DNA of 64,000 nt from an uncultured Bacteroidales bacterium (lineage in GTDB: Bacteria; Bacteroidota; Bacteroidia; Bacteroidales; UBA3663). The translations under genes and the position numbers were made by a program. Every line of letters starts with the position of its first letter. Position 1 is the stretch's first letter. The notes below the pieces were generated by a model. That model was not told the DNA's origin. It saw nothing but the letters and a program-made list of their open reading frames with translations, and did not search any database. The stretch lies in contig CACXTQ010000030.1 of assembly GCA_902770595.1 (NCBI GenBank), positions 7,105 to 71,104 on the forward strand, read 5' to 3'. Shown piece after piece: positions 32,946 through 43,659 of this stretch.

Positions 32946-33002
32946 AAAAAAGACGCATATAATTATCGTTAATTTTGGTTACATATTCATTCACTAATTA
33001 GT

Positions 33003-35387
33003 ATGAAAAGATTGTTTACACTTATTCTTTCCCTAATGCTTGCCCTCTCGTTGCAGGCACGGGACAACGGACAGTTCTTCAAGAAACTGACCGGCAAAAA
33101 CATTGCCGTCGAAAACGTCGAACAGCGATTCGCTGAGTGGTTTTCCCTGCCTGAAAACACCGAATGGTGCGAGGTCAGCCACAGCACCGACTTCTCGGGA
33201 ATGGAACGCATCGAGTATCGCCAGTATGTTGCCGGCGTTGAGGTCGAGAATTCACAGGTGCTTATCCATGCCAAGGACGGTATGGTCCGCACAGCCAACG
33301 GTATGGTCATGGAGTTGCGTCGCTCTCCCGCCAGGATTCGCCGCCACAGCCCCATCTTCAACGATGGCACTGCCGAAAACAAGGGCCATTCGCTCTATCT
33401 GGTCAATACCAAGAACGGGTTCCGCTATGCCTACAAGGAGCTGTCGTCTGACCGTAGCAAATGGTTCTATTACGACGTCGAGACCCTGGAGGTAATCAAA
33501 GTCGTGTCAAGAATTCATCGATTTCAAGCAGAGAATTCGCCCGTGAAGGTCAATGCTTCTACCATCTACAACGGCGATGTGACGCTCGATGCAAGTCTGG
33601 CAGACGATGGCACGACCTACCTCTACGACCCCGAGCGAAATATCCACACGCTCAATGCCGCTTACTTTCCCACCTATGAACAGATGTACAACGATGGGAA
33701 TCTCTGGTACTACTTTCCGCAACTCGACATGCCCGACAACTACTATGATGCCGATATTTATCAGATTAGCAGTTGGGTGAAGACGATCACGGATATGGCC
33801 GAGAACAACGAGCTCGACCACCTCACCGAATACATCCTCGATCATTCCACGTATATCAACAACCAGCCGGAAACCAATTACTTTGCCTATCGAATCACCG
33901 ACCTCAAGATTGATGAAATATTGGTCAAGGACGAGGAGGGTGACCTCTTTCCCTACACACCCGGTGAAAATAGCGACGACGATGACGACGATGACCCAGG
34001 TGATATTGACTGGGGTGACATGGACTGGGATGACGATGATGACGGCAACGATGAAGATGATGAAGATGACGACGACTATTACTGGGGTGACGATGACGAT
34101 GAGTTGGAAATCCACATGGAACTCCTGTACGGCACCGAACCTCAAAAAGTCAGCAAGGCCGTTATCTCCGATTTCATGACCGATCTCTCTGCTATCGAGG
34201 AATTTCCTTTCGCACCCAGCTTTGGCGAGGTCGTTAACCTCCTTCCACGCGAAGGCGGCACACTCGTTGTCTATTTGTACAATTACGAGGAGATGGATAC
34301 CCTTGCCGTCATAAAAGTTGTTCCAGACGAAAGCGGGCATTTCGAATTCACCAACGACCGCATTACCTTTGCCTTCGACTATGAACCATGCGGTGATCCC
34401 ACAGCCGACATCCACTGGGGGATGGCCAAGACCCTCGATTTCTATAAGGAAAAATTCGGACGAAACAGCTTCGACGATAACGGAGCACCAGTCTATAATC
34501 TCGTCTATAACATCCTTGAGGACGACTTTGTCTTCCTCAGTTTCATTCCTCTGAATGCGGCAGCCATCTCCGTAAACGATCCCATGCCGATGCTGTATGG
34601 CCTGGGCGGCTTGAAAGTTGAAGGTATCATGAGGCCAGTAGTCGAATTGTCGGTAATGGCACACGAATTCACCCATAACGTTACCAAATGCACAGCTGGA
34701 TTGGAATATAGGGGTGAGTCGGGTGCGCTCAACGAGTCGTTCTCCGACATCTTTGGCATCGCTGTAAAGAAATATGTCACTAATTGCGCCAACTGGTATA
34801 TCGGTGAAAATGTGATACTAAACGAAGAACTGGAATTCGTTTCCAATATGCGCGACATGGCCGATCCAAAGAGCAATGCGGATGGTGCTAATCCCTGCCC
34901 CGACACCTACGAAGGCGAATACTGGGTTGATCCTAATAATATGGAAGATATGGATGAAGGAGGCGTCCACAAGAACAGCAGCGTGCAGAATAAGTGGTTC
35001 TACCTGCTTACTGAAGGCGGAGAGGGCACCAATGACTATGAATTCTCCTACAATGTGGAAGGCATCGGCATGGAAAAGGCATTGAAGATAGCTTACCTTA
35101 CCCTTACCAGCTACGCTACAATGGAGTCCGACTATGCAGCCATCTACATGGCTTCGCTAGAGGCCGCCGAGGTTCTCTTTGGCGACAACAGCAAGGAGCT
35201 ACAGGCAGTAGCCGCTGCCTGGGAAGCCGTAGGTGTCGCCGATTCTGATCTCACCGGTATTGAGCAGACCTACGAGATGGATGCACAGGATGGTCGTTAT
35301 TTTGACCTGCAAGGACGTGCATTGTCTGAATTGCCCACCGAACGTGGCGTCTATATCATCAACGGCAAGAAGGTGGTTATAAAGTAA
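33003..35387 (+). CDS. M4 (thermolysin-like) zinc metalloprotease with an acidic insert and a T9SS C-terminal sorting domain
   Basis: 794 aa. HEXXH in VMAHEFTHNV. GALNESFSD. GGVHKNSSVQNKWFY. C-terminus YFDLQGRALSELPTERGVYIINGKKVVIK. Confidence 0.8.
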   Translation: MKRLFTLILSLMLALSLQARDNGQFFKKLTGKNIAVENVEQRFAEWFSLPENTEWCEVSHSTDFSGMERIEYRQYVAGVEVENSQVLIHAKDGMVRTANGMVMELRRSPARIRRHSPIFNDGTAENKGHSLYLVNTKNGFRYAYKELSSDRSKWFYYDVETLEVIKVVSRIHRFQAENSPVKVNASTIYNGDVTLDASLADDGTTYLYDPERNIHTLNAAYFPTYEQMYNDGNLWYYFPQLDMPDNYYDADIYQISSWVKTITDMAENNELDHLTEYILDHSTYINNQPETNYFAYRITDLKIDEILVKDEEGDLFPYTPGENSDDDDDDDPGDIDWGDMDWDDDDDGNDEDDEDDDDYYWGDDDDELEIHMELLYGTEPQKVSKAVISDFMTDLSAIEEFPFAPSFGEVVNLLPREGGTLVVYLYNYEEMDTLAVIKVVPDESGHFEFTNDRITFAFDYEPCGDPTADIHWGMAKTLDFYKEKFGRNSFDDNGAPVYNLVYNILEDDFVFLSFIPLNAAAISVNDPMPMLYGLGGLKVEGIMRPVVELSVMAHEFTHNVTKCTAGLEYRGESGALNESFSDIFGIAVKKYVTNCANWYIGENVILNEELEFVSNMRDMADPKSNADGANPCPDTYEGEYWVDPNNMEDMDEGGVHKNSSVQNKWFYLLTEGGEGTNDYEFSYNVEGIGMEKALKIAYLTLTSYATMESDYAAIYMASLEAAEVLFGDNSKELQAVAAAWEAVGVADSDLTGIEQTYEMDAQDGRYFDLQGRALSELPTERGVYIINGKKVVIK

Positions 35388-35420
35388 TGTCTTTTCCATC
35401 GCGAATTAACATTCAAGAAA

Positions 35421-35464
35421 ACAAAAATGTGTCAAAAATTTTCGGATTTTTGACACATTTTTTC
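35421..35464. terminator. bidirectional intrinsic terminator between convergent genes
   Basis: 15-bp perfect stem aaatgtgtcaaaaat / atttttgacacattt with loop tttcgg, flanked by an A-run and a T-run. Confidence 0.8.
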
Positions 35465-35568
35465 ATGATATATTTGGAAGACTAATTAGAAAACCGATGG
35501 CCTTTGCGGCGACAATCATTGGACAGAAAGCACGGAAGGAGATCCATTTGTAAAGTAATAACCGTTGA

Positions 35569-37323
35569 TTACTTTTGAATGCGGTAAATAAGGGAGACGG
35601 GTTCGCCATAGGGCGTGATGCCTTCGGCGCGGAGAGTGTAGGAGGTGTGATAGTTGGTGGGAAGAGGAAGGTCGAGAGTAACGCGGCCTGAAGTACCTGT
35701 AAAGTACTCGGGGTTCCAGTAGCGGGTGGCACGGGGAGAGCGAGATACGTGAATGTTGGGGAACTGCTGGCGCTTGACGTAGCCCAAGGGCATCACGAGC
35801 TTAAGGACTTCATTCCATCCAGATTCATAGACGAGTTCATTGAGCTTCTTCAAGTCGATGCGGATGATGGGCGAATCGGGGTATTCGGTTCGACCAATGG
35901 TTCGAGCAACGTTGGGATGAATGAAATCGACTGCATAGACCATTTCAACGGGTATCTCCAGGGCTTTTTGAGGTAGGTATTTACCTAAAGAGTCCTTCTC
36001 GATGGGCATTTCGGTGGTTCCTACTACGAAGCGGACAGGAACGTGCATGCCGTTGGTCTTATACTTGGCTACCTCGTCATCGAAGGTGATGTCGTCGAAC
36101 TTCAAGATCATATCCTTGAGTTCGTAATATTTATAATCCGAAAGAGTACGGGTATATTTGGTTTTATGGGCAGAGCGCGTGTATATGTCATCAGGTTCAC
36201 TAGAGACAAGCATCTCCTTGACTTTCTGTTCGAGCTTCTCCTTGTTCTTGTCAGGTTCCACCTTGGCGGATTTGGCCGTAGTGTCGGCAGCTATCGTGTC
36301 GGCAGTAAGCTTGAGGTAGTATTGCTTTGCATCGCTCGGCAGATGCTGTAAGGTCTTGGGCAGAGAAAAGTTATCGATTTCAATTGCCTTAGTCGGTTTG
36401 CCATTGGGAGCAAAGGCCATAATGCAAAACAAGGTACTGTCGGGATAGCTGAGATTTCGGAAATGGAAAACACCATCATCTTCGCATTCAGTAGTATAGA
36501 TTTCCGAATTGGTCACATTCACCAGAACAACCTTATAAGGCTTATTGTAGAGGCGGTAAGTGAGGCGACCGCTGATGCTCTGAGACCTTTCGTAGAAGAA
36601 ACGAGGCTTGTAGAGGCTGGTGTCACTAGAAATTGTTTCGAGAGAAAAGAGATCGGGCACAAGAGGCAGCATATGCGTGATGGAAGCTGCAGTATCGACG
36701 GGGGTTAGGTGGTCGTCGGTGACTGAGATAGAGAGCCAAGTGGAATCGGGAGCATCGAAGGTGAAGCGTGTGAGCGTGTCGCGTCGATAATAGGAATATG
36801 GCCTAACGGAATCTGGTAGAAGCATTGGCGCATCGGGACAATAGCCTTCGTGAAGCGGACGCACTACATAGCCTTTGGCCACATCCTTTTCAGTGATGAC
36901 ATGGATAGTTTTGCGGAAAATAAATTCTTGTTTCGTACCTAATATATAATAAGTGTAGCCGGTGAGCGTGTAATCACCACTGACGAGTTCCTTGGGTAGA
37001 ATCATGTGCCCAACGAAACGGCCTTCGCGCTCCATCATCTTACACCATGAGACAGCCTGATCAATGCCGTTGCGCAGGTCGGAGTAAACGAAGCGGCTAC
37101 TCCGATATCGCGGTTTCAGCGATTCACCTTCCACTAACCATGCGCGCATCCAAACCGTGTCGCCAGGATGATAGAGCTCGCGGTCAGTCATAATGTGAAC
37201 CTTCTCCTGCGGGAATAGACTACGCTGGAGCTGCAGGCGTTCGGCAAGCGAATCATTTTTCTCTACCTGCGCCATAACGGGGAGAGAAAGGAGGAGAGAC
37301 AACAAGGTCAGGAGGAAGCGCAT
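35569..37323 (-). CDS. hypothetical secreted protein (possible MG2/alpha-2-macroglobulin-like N-terminal domain)
   Basis: 584 aa. Signal peptide. HIMTDRELYHPGDTVWMRAW resembles the MG2-domain signature. The rest is unassigned. Confidence 0.4.
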   Translation of the reverse strand: MRFLLTLLSLLLSLPVMAQVEKNDSLAERLQLQRSLFPQEKVHIMTDRELYHPGDTVWMRAWLVEGESLKPRYRSSRFVYSDLRNGIDQAVSWCKMMEREGRFVGHMILPKELVSGDYTLTGYTYYILGTKQEFIFRKTIHVITEKDVAKGYVVRPLHEGYCPDAPMLLPDSVRPYSYYRRDTLTRFTFDAPDSTWLSISVTDDHLTPVDTAASITHMLPLVPDLFSLETISSDTSLYKPRFFYERSQSISGRLTYRLYNKPYKVVLVNVTNSEIYTTECEDDGVFHFRNLSYPDSTLFCIMAFAPNGKPTKAIEIDNFSLPKTLQHLPSDAKQYYLKLTADTIAADTTAKSAKVEPDKNKEKLEQKVKEMLVSSEPDDIYTRSAHKTKYTRTLSDYKYYELKDMILKFDDITFDDEVAKYKTNGMHVPVRFVVGTTEMPIEKDSLGKYLPQKALEIPVEMVYAVDFIHPNVARTIGRTEYPDSPIIRIDLKKLNELVYESGWNEVLKLVMPLGYVKRQQFPNIHVSRSPRATRYWNPEYFTGTSGRVTLDLPLPTNYHTSYTLRAEGITPYGEPVSLIYRIQK

Positions 37324-37404
37324 AGTATAGACTTTTTTGTGAATAGGTATAACGGAATACCGAAATTACGGAATACCGAAATAAACGAATACATAAAAAC
37401 AGCT

Positions 37405-38772
37405 TCAGTTCTTGAAGCTATGGATGGGTGCAGGGATGCGGCCACCACGATTGACAAAGACGTCGCAGGCAAAACGATTGACGGGCATAATGGGGGCATA
37501 ACCGAGGAGGCCACCAAACTCTACCACCTCTCCCACTCCTTTGCCGATGACGGGAATGACGCGGACAGCAGTGGTCTTCTGGTTGACCATACCGATAGCA
37601 GCTTCGTCGGCGATGATGCCGGCAATCGTGGTGGCTGGTGTATCGCCCGGGATGGCAATCATGTCGAGACCCACAGAACATACACAGGTCATAGCTTCGA
37701 GTTTTTCGATGGTTAGGGCTCCGGCATTGACGGCATCAATCATGCCTTGATCTTCGCTGACGGGAATAAAGGCACCAGAGAGGCCACCCACGTAAGAACT
37801 TGCCATCACGCCACCCTTCTTGACCTGGTCGTTAAGGAGAGCGAGGGCGGCTGTTGTACCAGGTGCACCCGTACGCTCAAGGCCGATGGCCTGCAGAATG
37901 TCTGCCACGGAGTCACCAATAGCGGGCGTTGGAGCCAACGAGAGGTCGATGATGCCGAAGGGTACTCCCAGGCGACGAGAGGCTTCCTGTGCGACAAGTT
38001 GGCCTACACGGGTGATCTTGAATGCAGTCTTCTTGATGGTTTCACAGAGCACTTCGAAGTTGGTGCCTTCGGGCAGGTTTTCGAGCACATGCTTCACAAC
38101 ACCAGGACCTGAGACGCCAACGTTGATGATGGCTTCTGCTTCGGACACGCCATGAAAAGCACCTGCCATGAAGGGGTTGTCATCAGGTGCATTGCAGAAA
38201 ACGACAAGCTTGGCGCAACCCAGTGAATCGGATTCCTTAGTGGCGAGGGCTGTTTCCTTGATGACATCACCCATAAGACGCACTGCATCCATATTGATGC
38301 CGGTTTTGGTGGAGCCGACATTGACACTGGAACAGACGAGCTCGGTGCGCTTCATAGCTTCGGGGATGGAGCGGATGAGCAGTTCATCGGCCCGAGTCAT
38401 GCCCTTCTGCACTGTAGCCGAATAACCACCAATGAAGTTGACGCCGACATCGTGGGCTGCGCGGTCGAGCGTTCGAGCTATCTTCACGAAATCGTGGGTT
38501 GTCTTGCAGCACGAAGCGCCAACGATGGCTACTGGTGTGATGGAGATGCGTTTGTTGACAATGGGAATACCGTATTCCTGCGAGATGGCTTCGCCAGTGC
38601 GGACGAGGTTGGAGGCATAGCGCAGGATCTTATCGTAGATGTTCTGGCAAGTTTGGAGTACGGATTCGGTGGAACAGTCGAGCAAGGAGATACCCATCGT
38701 GATGGTGCGCACATCGAGATGTTCCTGGTCTATCATTTGGTTGGTCTCGAGGACCTCGGATACATTGATCAT
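37405..38772 (-). CDS. UPF0210 (PFL-like, DUF711) protein
   Basis: 455 aa. [14 protein letters not shown]. Full-length family pattern. Classic pairing with the upstream ACT gene. Confidence 0.8.
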   Translation of the reverse strand: MINVSEVLETNQMIDQEHLDVRTITMGISLLDCSTESVLQTCQNIYDKILRYASNLVRTGEAISQEYGIPIVNKRISITPVAIVGASCCKTTHDFVKIARTLDRAAHDVGVNFIGGYSATVQKGMTRADELLIRSIPEAMKRTELVCSSVNVGSTKTGINMDAVRLMGDVIKETALATKESDSLGCAKLVVFCNAPDDNPFMAGAFHGVSEAEAIINVGVSGPGVVKHVLENLPEGTNFEVLCETIKKTAFKITRVGQLVAQEASRRLGVPFGIIDLSLAPTPAIGDSVADILQAIGLERTGAPGTTAALALLNDQVKKGGVMASSYVGGLSGAFIPVSEDQGMIDAVNAGALTIEKLEAMTCVCSVGLDMIAIPGDTPATTIAGIIADEAAIGMVNQKTTAVRVIPVIGKGVGEVVEFGGLLGYAPIMPVNRFACDVFVNRGGRIPAPIHSFKN

Positions 38773-38784
38773 GGTTGGACAAAA

Positions 38785-39057
38785 TTAGATGCGATGCATC
38801 TGATTGAAGATTTCTTCCTTCTGGCACTTGATTTCCAAGCCCTTGGATTGGCCGACGGCTGCGAGACCGTCACGAAGTTCGCTGAATGGGACGTTGCAGT
38901 TGTTGATGTCAACGATCATCATCATTGTAAAGTAGTCACGAAGAGTGGTCTGGGTGATGTCGAGGATGTTGACATTGTTTTCTGCAAGATAAGTGCATAC
39001 GGCGGCGATGATACCAATGGTATCCTTGCCTACTACGGTTATGACTGTGCGGTTCAT
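38785..39057 (-). CDS. ACT domain protein (UPF0237)
   Basis: 90 aa. VITVVGKDTIGIIAAVCTYLAENNVNILDITQT. Confidence 0.8.
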   Translation of the reverse strand: MNRTVITVVGKDTIGIIAAVCTYLAENNVNILDITQTTLRDYFTMMMIVDINNCNVPFSELRDGLAAVGQSKGLEIKCQKEEIFNQMHRI

Positions 39058-39080
39058 AGGAGTGATTATTAAATGAAGGG

Positions 39081-39110
39081 GCAGCCAAATATGGCTGCAA
39101 CGAAAACAAA
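39081..39110 (+). repeat. REP-like hairpin unit (gcagccaaatatggctgc + aacgaaaacaaa)
   Basis: Near-identical to 43558-43575 (gcagccaaacttggctgc). Confidence 0.6.
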
Positions 39111-39151
39111 TGGGACGCGAGACGACGGAACCGAGCGACGCGAGGAACTAA

Positions 39152-40528
39152 TTAATCGCGACGGAAGATGTCGCGGGTGTAGACCTTATCCTTGACATCG
39201 TCAAGGGAGGTGTCGTAACGGTTGGCGATAATAGCATGGGACTGCTCCTTGAATGCCTGAAGGTCGTTGACAACCTTGCTACCGAAGAAGGTGGAGCCAT
39301 CGGGAAGAGCTGGCTCGTAGATAATGACTTCAGCGCCCTTGGCCTTGATGCGCTTCATGATGCCCTGGATGGCTGACTGGCGGAAGTTATCGGAGTTGGA
39401 CTTCATCGTGAGGCGATAGACTCCGATAACGCATGCGTTGGGGTCGTTGGCACCATACTGGTTGTTGCTAGTGTAATCGTACCATCCAGCCATCTTGAGC
39501 ACGGCATCGGCGATGAAGTCCTTGCGTGTGCGGTTGCTCTGCACGATAGCTGTCATCATCTCCTGCGGAACGTCCTGATAGTTGGCAAGGAGCTGCTTGG
39601 TGTCCTTGGGCAGGCAATAGCCTCCATAGCCAAATGATGGGTTATTGTAATGGGTACCGATTCGTGGATCGAGGCCGACACCATTGATGATGGATGCGGT
39701 ATCGAGACCCTTGACTTCGGCGTAGGTGTCGAGTTCGTTGAAATAGCTGACACGCAGGGCAAGATAGGTGTTGGAGAAAAGCTTGACGGCTTCTGCCTCC
39801 TTCATGCCCATAAAGAGCGTTGGGATATCTTCCTTCAGCGCTCCTTCGACAAGAAGGTCGGCAAAAGTGTGGGCGAACTCCTCGGCCTGAGGATTGCCGA
39901 TAGCGGTGATGGCGGCGTTCTCCTCGGTGAAGTTCTTCTCGTCGATATGGATGAGCTTGGGGAAACCTACGATGATACGCGAAGGATAGAGGTTGTCATA
40001 GAGGGCCTTCGACTCGCGCAGGAATTCAGGCGAGAAAAGAAGGTTGAACTTCTTGCCTTTCAGTTCAGGCTTGTAGAGGAATTGGAGAGCGTACTTGACG
40101 TAAAGCGAACGAGTATAACCGACCGGGATGGTACTCTTGATGACCATGACAGCATCAGGGTTGTTGGCGATGACGAGATCGATGACTTCTTCGACGTGGG
40201 AAGTGTCGAAGTAGTTCTTGACGGGATCATAATTGGTGGGAGCAGCAATGACCACAAAGTCAGCCTGGCGATAGGCAGCTGGACCATCGAGGGTGGCGCT
40301 GAGGTCACCACCCTTGCCTTCCTTGCGGAGGGCGGGCAGAACCTCGGTAAGGTAACGCTCGATGTATTCGTCCTGTATGGGGCTGATGCCGCGATTGATC
40401 TTATCCACCTTTTCAGGGACAACATCAACAGCGATAACTTTGTGATGCTGTGCCAACAATGTGGCGATGGAAAGGCCTACATAGCCTGTACCGGCTACAG
40501 CGATGGTGATTTCTGAGAATGGATGCAT
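39152..40528 (-). CDS. ugd: UDP-glucose 6-dehydrogenase
   Basis: I chose the start at [20 protein letters not shown] (40528, NAD Rossmann motif). [10 protein letters not shown] active site. The track ORF extends to 40831 with an Arg/Ser-rich extension that is unlikely to be translated. Confidence 0.85.
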   Translation of the reverse strand: MHPFSEITIAVAGTGYVGLSIATLLAQHHKVIAVDVVPEKVDKINRGISPIQDEYIERYLTEVLPALRKEGKGGDLSATLDGPAAYRQADFVVIAAPTNYDPVKNYFDTSHVEEVIDLVIANNPDAVMVIKSTIPVGYTRSLYVKYALQFLYKPELKGKKFNLLFSPEFLRESKALYDNLYPSRIIVGFPKLIHIDEKNFTEENAAITAIGNPQAEEFAHTFADLLVEGALKEDIPTLFMGMKEAEAVKLFSNTYLALRVSYFNELDTYAEVKGLDTASIINGVGLDPRIGTHYNNPSFGYGGYCLPKDTKQLLANYQDVPQEMMTAIVQSNRTRKDFIADAVLKMAGWYDYTSNNQYGANDPNACVIGVYRLTMKSNSDNFRQSAIQGIMKRIKAKGAEVIIYEPALPDGSTFFGSKVVNDLQAFKEQSHAIIANRYDTSLDDVKDKVYTRDIFRRD

Positions 40529-40611
40529 TTTTAATCTTATATTGGGCGGCCATAGTTGGTCGCGACTGAAACACATAAAAGGGTGGCTGAGTGACTGTGA
40601 TATGGACACTC

Positions 40612-41643
40612 TTAATGCGTGAGCTGATAGAACAGCTCTTGAAGGAGGTCGGGATCGGGTGTGGTGGCGGGACGGCCACCTTTGCTGCGCGCATCGAAAT
40701 CTCGAAGGATAGCGATGTTGCGCATCACGGTGCGAGCATTGAACTGACGCATACCGTCGAGGACGCTCTTCGCTTGCGGATAGCTGCAACCTACCTCTTT
40801 CATGATGCCGTTGACAGAGCGATCCTGACAATAGTAGGCCATCATCATGTTCTGGAAGAAACTGAAGAGCGTGGAGATGACCATGGGCAAGGGTCCAGCC
40901 TTGGGATTACGCGCGAAATAAAGACGAATCAACTCGATGCGCTGGGCATCCTTGCGAGCAAGGGCTTCAACAAGTTCAAAGACATTGAACTCGCGAGATA
41001 TACCGACATGGTCAGCCACATCCTGTGCCGTGATGGAGGTTCGTCCCTGTAAAGAGAGACGGAGTTTGTCCACCTCATGGGTGAGACGACTAAAATCGGC
41101 ACCGATGAAGTTCTGGAGCATATCAATGGCCTTGGGTTCGGCATTGACACCAAGCGACTGCAGGAAGCCAGGAAGGACGCGGGGCAGTTCGTAGTCACGC
41201 ACCTTGTCGCTCTGATAGACTTCTCCAATCTTTTTGCAAATCTTCACCAGTTCGTTGGCACCGGTGATGGTGGCAGTCTTATAGGTGATGACGAGGATAG
41301 TGCTTGGACTAGGCTGCTTAAGGTAAAGACAAAGGTCATCGAGCTTGAAGGAACGCTTGTCAAGAGCCTGTGCCTCGCGAAGCAGGACAAGCTGTTTTTC
41401 GGCCACCATAGGGAAACGACGACAGGCAGAGATAACATCTCCTATTGTGAACTCGCCTGCACCTGCAAAGAACTGCACCAGATCGAAATCCTTCTCGTCA
41501 TCAGTTAGTACAGTGTCGAGGAGTAGGTTAGCGAGCTGGTCAATGAAAAAGGCTTCTTCGCCATGCAGAAGATAGACAGGAGCGTATTGCCGCTGCTCAA
41601 TTTGGGCCTTTATGCGCTGAAAATCGTCGGATTTCTTTGCCAT
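40612..41643 (-). CDS. holA: DNA polymerase III delta subunit
   Basis: I chose the start at MAKKSDDF (41643). [14 protein letters not shown] is typical of the HolA N-terminus. Confidence 0.75.
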   Translation of the reverse strand: MAKKSDDFQRIKAQIEQRQYAPVYLLHGEEAFFIDQLANLLLDTVLTDDEKDFDLVQFFAGAGEFTIGDVISACRRFPMVAEKQLVLLREAQALDKRSFKLDDLCLYLKQPSPSTILVITYKTATITGANELVKICKKIGEVYQSDKVRDYELPRVLPGFLQSLGVNAEPKAIDMLQNFIGADFSRLTHEVDKLRLSLQGRTSITAQDVADHVGISREFNVFELVEALARKDAQRIELIRLYFARNPKAGPLPMVISTLFSFFQNMMMAYYCQDRSVNGIMKEVGCSYPQAKSVLDGMRQFNARTVMRNIAILRDFDARSKGGRPATTPDPDLLQELFYQLTH

Positions 41644-41658
41644 TTCGAATTTCTTTAG

Positions 41659-41666
41659 TATCTTTG
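41659..41666 (+). promoter_or_regulatory. -7 promoter box TATCTTTG upstream of 41727
   Basis: Exact match. The leader contains aattaacaa words. Confidence 0.5.
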
Positions 41667-41726
41667 CAGCATAAAAACACTTATCAATTAACAAATAACA
41701 ATTAACAATTAATAGTTAACTGGACT

Positions 41727-42191
41727 TTGGAAAAACTGAATCTGCCATCATACGAGGTACGCACTCGAATAAATCCTAAGAACTCGCTGGAGGAGATCTG
41801 GGACACTCAGCGTCGTCGCTGGGTGAAACTCACTCCAGAAGAATGGGTGCGCCAGCACTTTGTGCATTACCTGATCGGGACGATGAATTACCCTTCGGGA
41901 AGAATAGGCAATGAGGTCAGCATTCGCGTGGGACAACTGGAGCGAAGGTGCGACAGCGTGGTCTTCGGTGACGAAGGAGAAGCACTGATGATTGTAGAGT
42001 ACAAGGCGTCGAGTGTTCGGCTGACACAGGAAGTGTTTGACCAGGTATCGCGCTACAACATCGCGCTGCAAGTGGATTGGCTGCTAGTCAGCAATGGGCT
42101 GCAGCATTACTGCTGTCACCTGAACCGTGAAGCAAATTGCTGGGAATTCCTTCCAACGATTCCAAACTATCAGGCGTTGAGCCCGCGATGA
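41727..42191 (+). CDS. type I restriction enzyme HsdR N-terminal-domain-like protein (stand-alone)
   Basis: 154 aa. TTG start. LTPEEWVRQHFVHYL...MIVEYKA pattern. Confidence 0.65.
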   Translation: MEKLNLPSYEVRTRINPKNSLEEIWDTQRRRWVKLTPEEWVRQHFVHYLIGTMNYPSGRIGNEVSIRVGQLERRCDSVVFGDEGEALMIVEYKASSVRLTQEVFDQVSRYNIALQVDWLLVSNGLQHYCCHLNREANCWEFLPTIPNYQALSPR

Positions 42192-42888
42192 CATCCTCGA
42201 TGGTGTCAGGCTCATCGGTACCACCTACTTCGACAAGTTGGTTGTCGGTGAGATGGATGACACGACCCGGGAAGTCGTTGAGGAAAGCCAGATTATGAGT
42301 TGACATAATAACCGTAGAATGCTGCTCCTTGCAAATCTTGTATAGGAGACTCACGATGCGATACCCTGTCTCGAGGTCGAGATTGCCTGTAGGCTCGTCA
42401 GCGAGAATGAGACGAGGACTATTAAGGAGAGCTCTTGCGATTACGACACGTTGCTGCTCACCACCCGAGAGGGTGTTGGGCATTCGTTTTTCGCAACCAA
42501 CCATATCGACAAGATCGAGCACTTCGGTAATGCGACGACGACGGTCATCGGAGTTTTTCCAACCTGTGGCACGAAGGACGAAATCAAGATTGGCTTCGAC
42601 GTTGCGGTCGGTGAGCAACTGAAAATCCTGGAAGATGATGCCGACCTTACGGCGAAGGTAGGGTATCTGGCTGGACTTGAGCGCAAGGAGATTGTATTCG
42701 TCGAATATGCGGGCCTCGTCTCCTTTGAGGATGTCGAGATCCTTGTACATAGTTCGAAGAAGTGAGGATTTGCCGGCACCTACCTTGCCTATGAGATAAA
42801 CAAACTCTCCCTCACCGACAGTGAGGTCCATATTGCTGACGAGGACGTTGTCACCTCGTGCTATTGTGACGTTCTTGTATTGGATCAT
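42088..42888 (-). CDS. ftsE: cell division ABC ATPase FtsE-like
   Basis: Walker [10 protein letters not shown]. Signature LSGGEQQRV. Walker B LILADEPT. The 45-aa tail overlaps the convergent gene. Confidence 0.75.
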   Translation of the reverse strand: MIQYKNVTIARGDNVLVSNMDLTVGEGEFVYLIGKVGAGKSSLLRTMYKDLDILKGDEARIFDEYNLLALKSSQIPYLRRKVGIIFQDFQLLTDRNVEANLDFVLRATGWKNSDDRRRRITEVLDLVDMVGCEKRMPNTLSGGEQQRVVIARALLNSPRLILADEPTGNLDLETGYRIVSLLYKICKEQHSTVIMSTHNLAFLNDFPGRVIHLTDNQLVEVGGTDEPDTIEDVIAGSTPDSLESLEGIPSNLLHGSGDSSNAAAHC

Positions 42889-42906
42889 GGGAGGAGTTAT
42901 GAAGCG

Positions 42907-43521
42907 TTAATGTTTTTTCCAGCCAGGCTGATGTCGCTCGGCGAGTTCGGCGGCCATATCCTCGATGCGTAGGCCCTTGCTTGTGAGCAGAACAATGAGG
43001 TGATATAGCATGTCAGAGCCTTCATAAATGAGGCGATCGTTGGTACCATTGGTAGCTTCGATGACGAGTTCGAGCGCCTCCTCTCCTACCTTCTGTGCCA
43101 TGCGGTTGAGACCATCCTTGAAGAGGCTTGTGGTGTAGGAGCCTTCGGGCATCTCTTCATGACGCTTGTTGATGAAATCCTGCAGTTCAGTGAGGAAAAG
43201 CAGAGGGTTGCGTTCGTTGGTCTCATTCCAACAGGTATCGGCACCAGTATGACAAACGGGGCCAGCTGGATTGACTTTGATAAGAAGGGTATCGTTATCG
43301 CAATCGTTGAGGATTTTGACTACGCGAAGGACGTTGCCAGAGGTCTCACCTTTGGTCCAAAGGCAATTACGAGTGCGGCTCCAGAAGGTAACGAGACCAG
43401 TCTGAACGGTTTTTTCGTAGGCTTCGCGATTCATGAAGCCGAGCATGAGGACCTTATTGGTCACAGCATCCTGGATGACAGCGGGCACCAGGCCTTGGAG
43501 TTTGTCGAAATCGATTTGCAT
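42907..43521 (-). CDS. hisIE: bifunctional phosphoribosyl-AMP cyclohydrolase / phosphoribosyl-ATP diphosphatase
   Basis: 204 aa. GLVPAVIQD...WSRTRNCLWTKGETSGN, plus a C-terminal HisE helix bundle. Confidence 0.9.
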   Translation of the reverse strand: MQIDFDKLQGLVPAVIQDAVTNKVLMLGFMNREAYEKTVQTGLVTFWSRTRNCLWTKGETSGNVLRVVKILNDCDNDTLLIKVNPAGPVCHTGADTCWNETNERNPLLFLTELQDFINKRHEEMPEGSYTTSLFKDGLNRMAQKVGEEALELVIEATNGTNDRLIYEGSDMLYHLIVLLTSKGLRIEDMAAELAERHQPGWKKH

Positions 43522-43557
43522 TCGTTTATTGGGGGTTATGATGGGTTATGATAGAGG

Positions 43558-43590
43558 GCAGCCAAACTTGGCTGCAACAGGAACACGAGG
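43558..43590 (+). repeat. REP-like hairpin unit (gcagccaaacttggctgc + aacaggaacacgagg)
   Basis: In the hisF-hisIE spacer, preceded by the tandem gggttatgat gggttatgat (43533-43552). Confidence 0.6.
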
Positions 43591-43659
43591 AATGCGGCAG
43601 AAAACAGCCGTAACGAGAACATAGGGGGACGGCGAAAAGGGCGGGACGCAAAGCGCGGG

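Noticed and set aside
33507-34676. 389-aa minus-strand ORF
   Set aside because: It is antisense to the M4 protease. The poly-Asp coding tract reads as poly-Ile/Val on the other strand.
40529-40831. N-terminal 101-codon extension of the ugd ORF
   Set aside because: The extension is Arg/Ser/His-rich and overlaps the holA 3' end. The Rossmann motif begins right after the internal Met at 40528.
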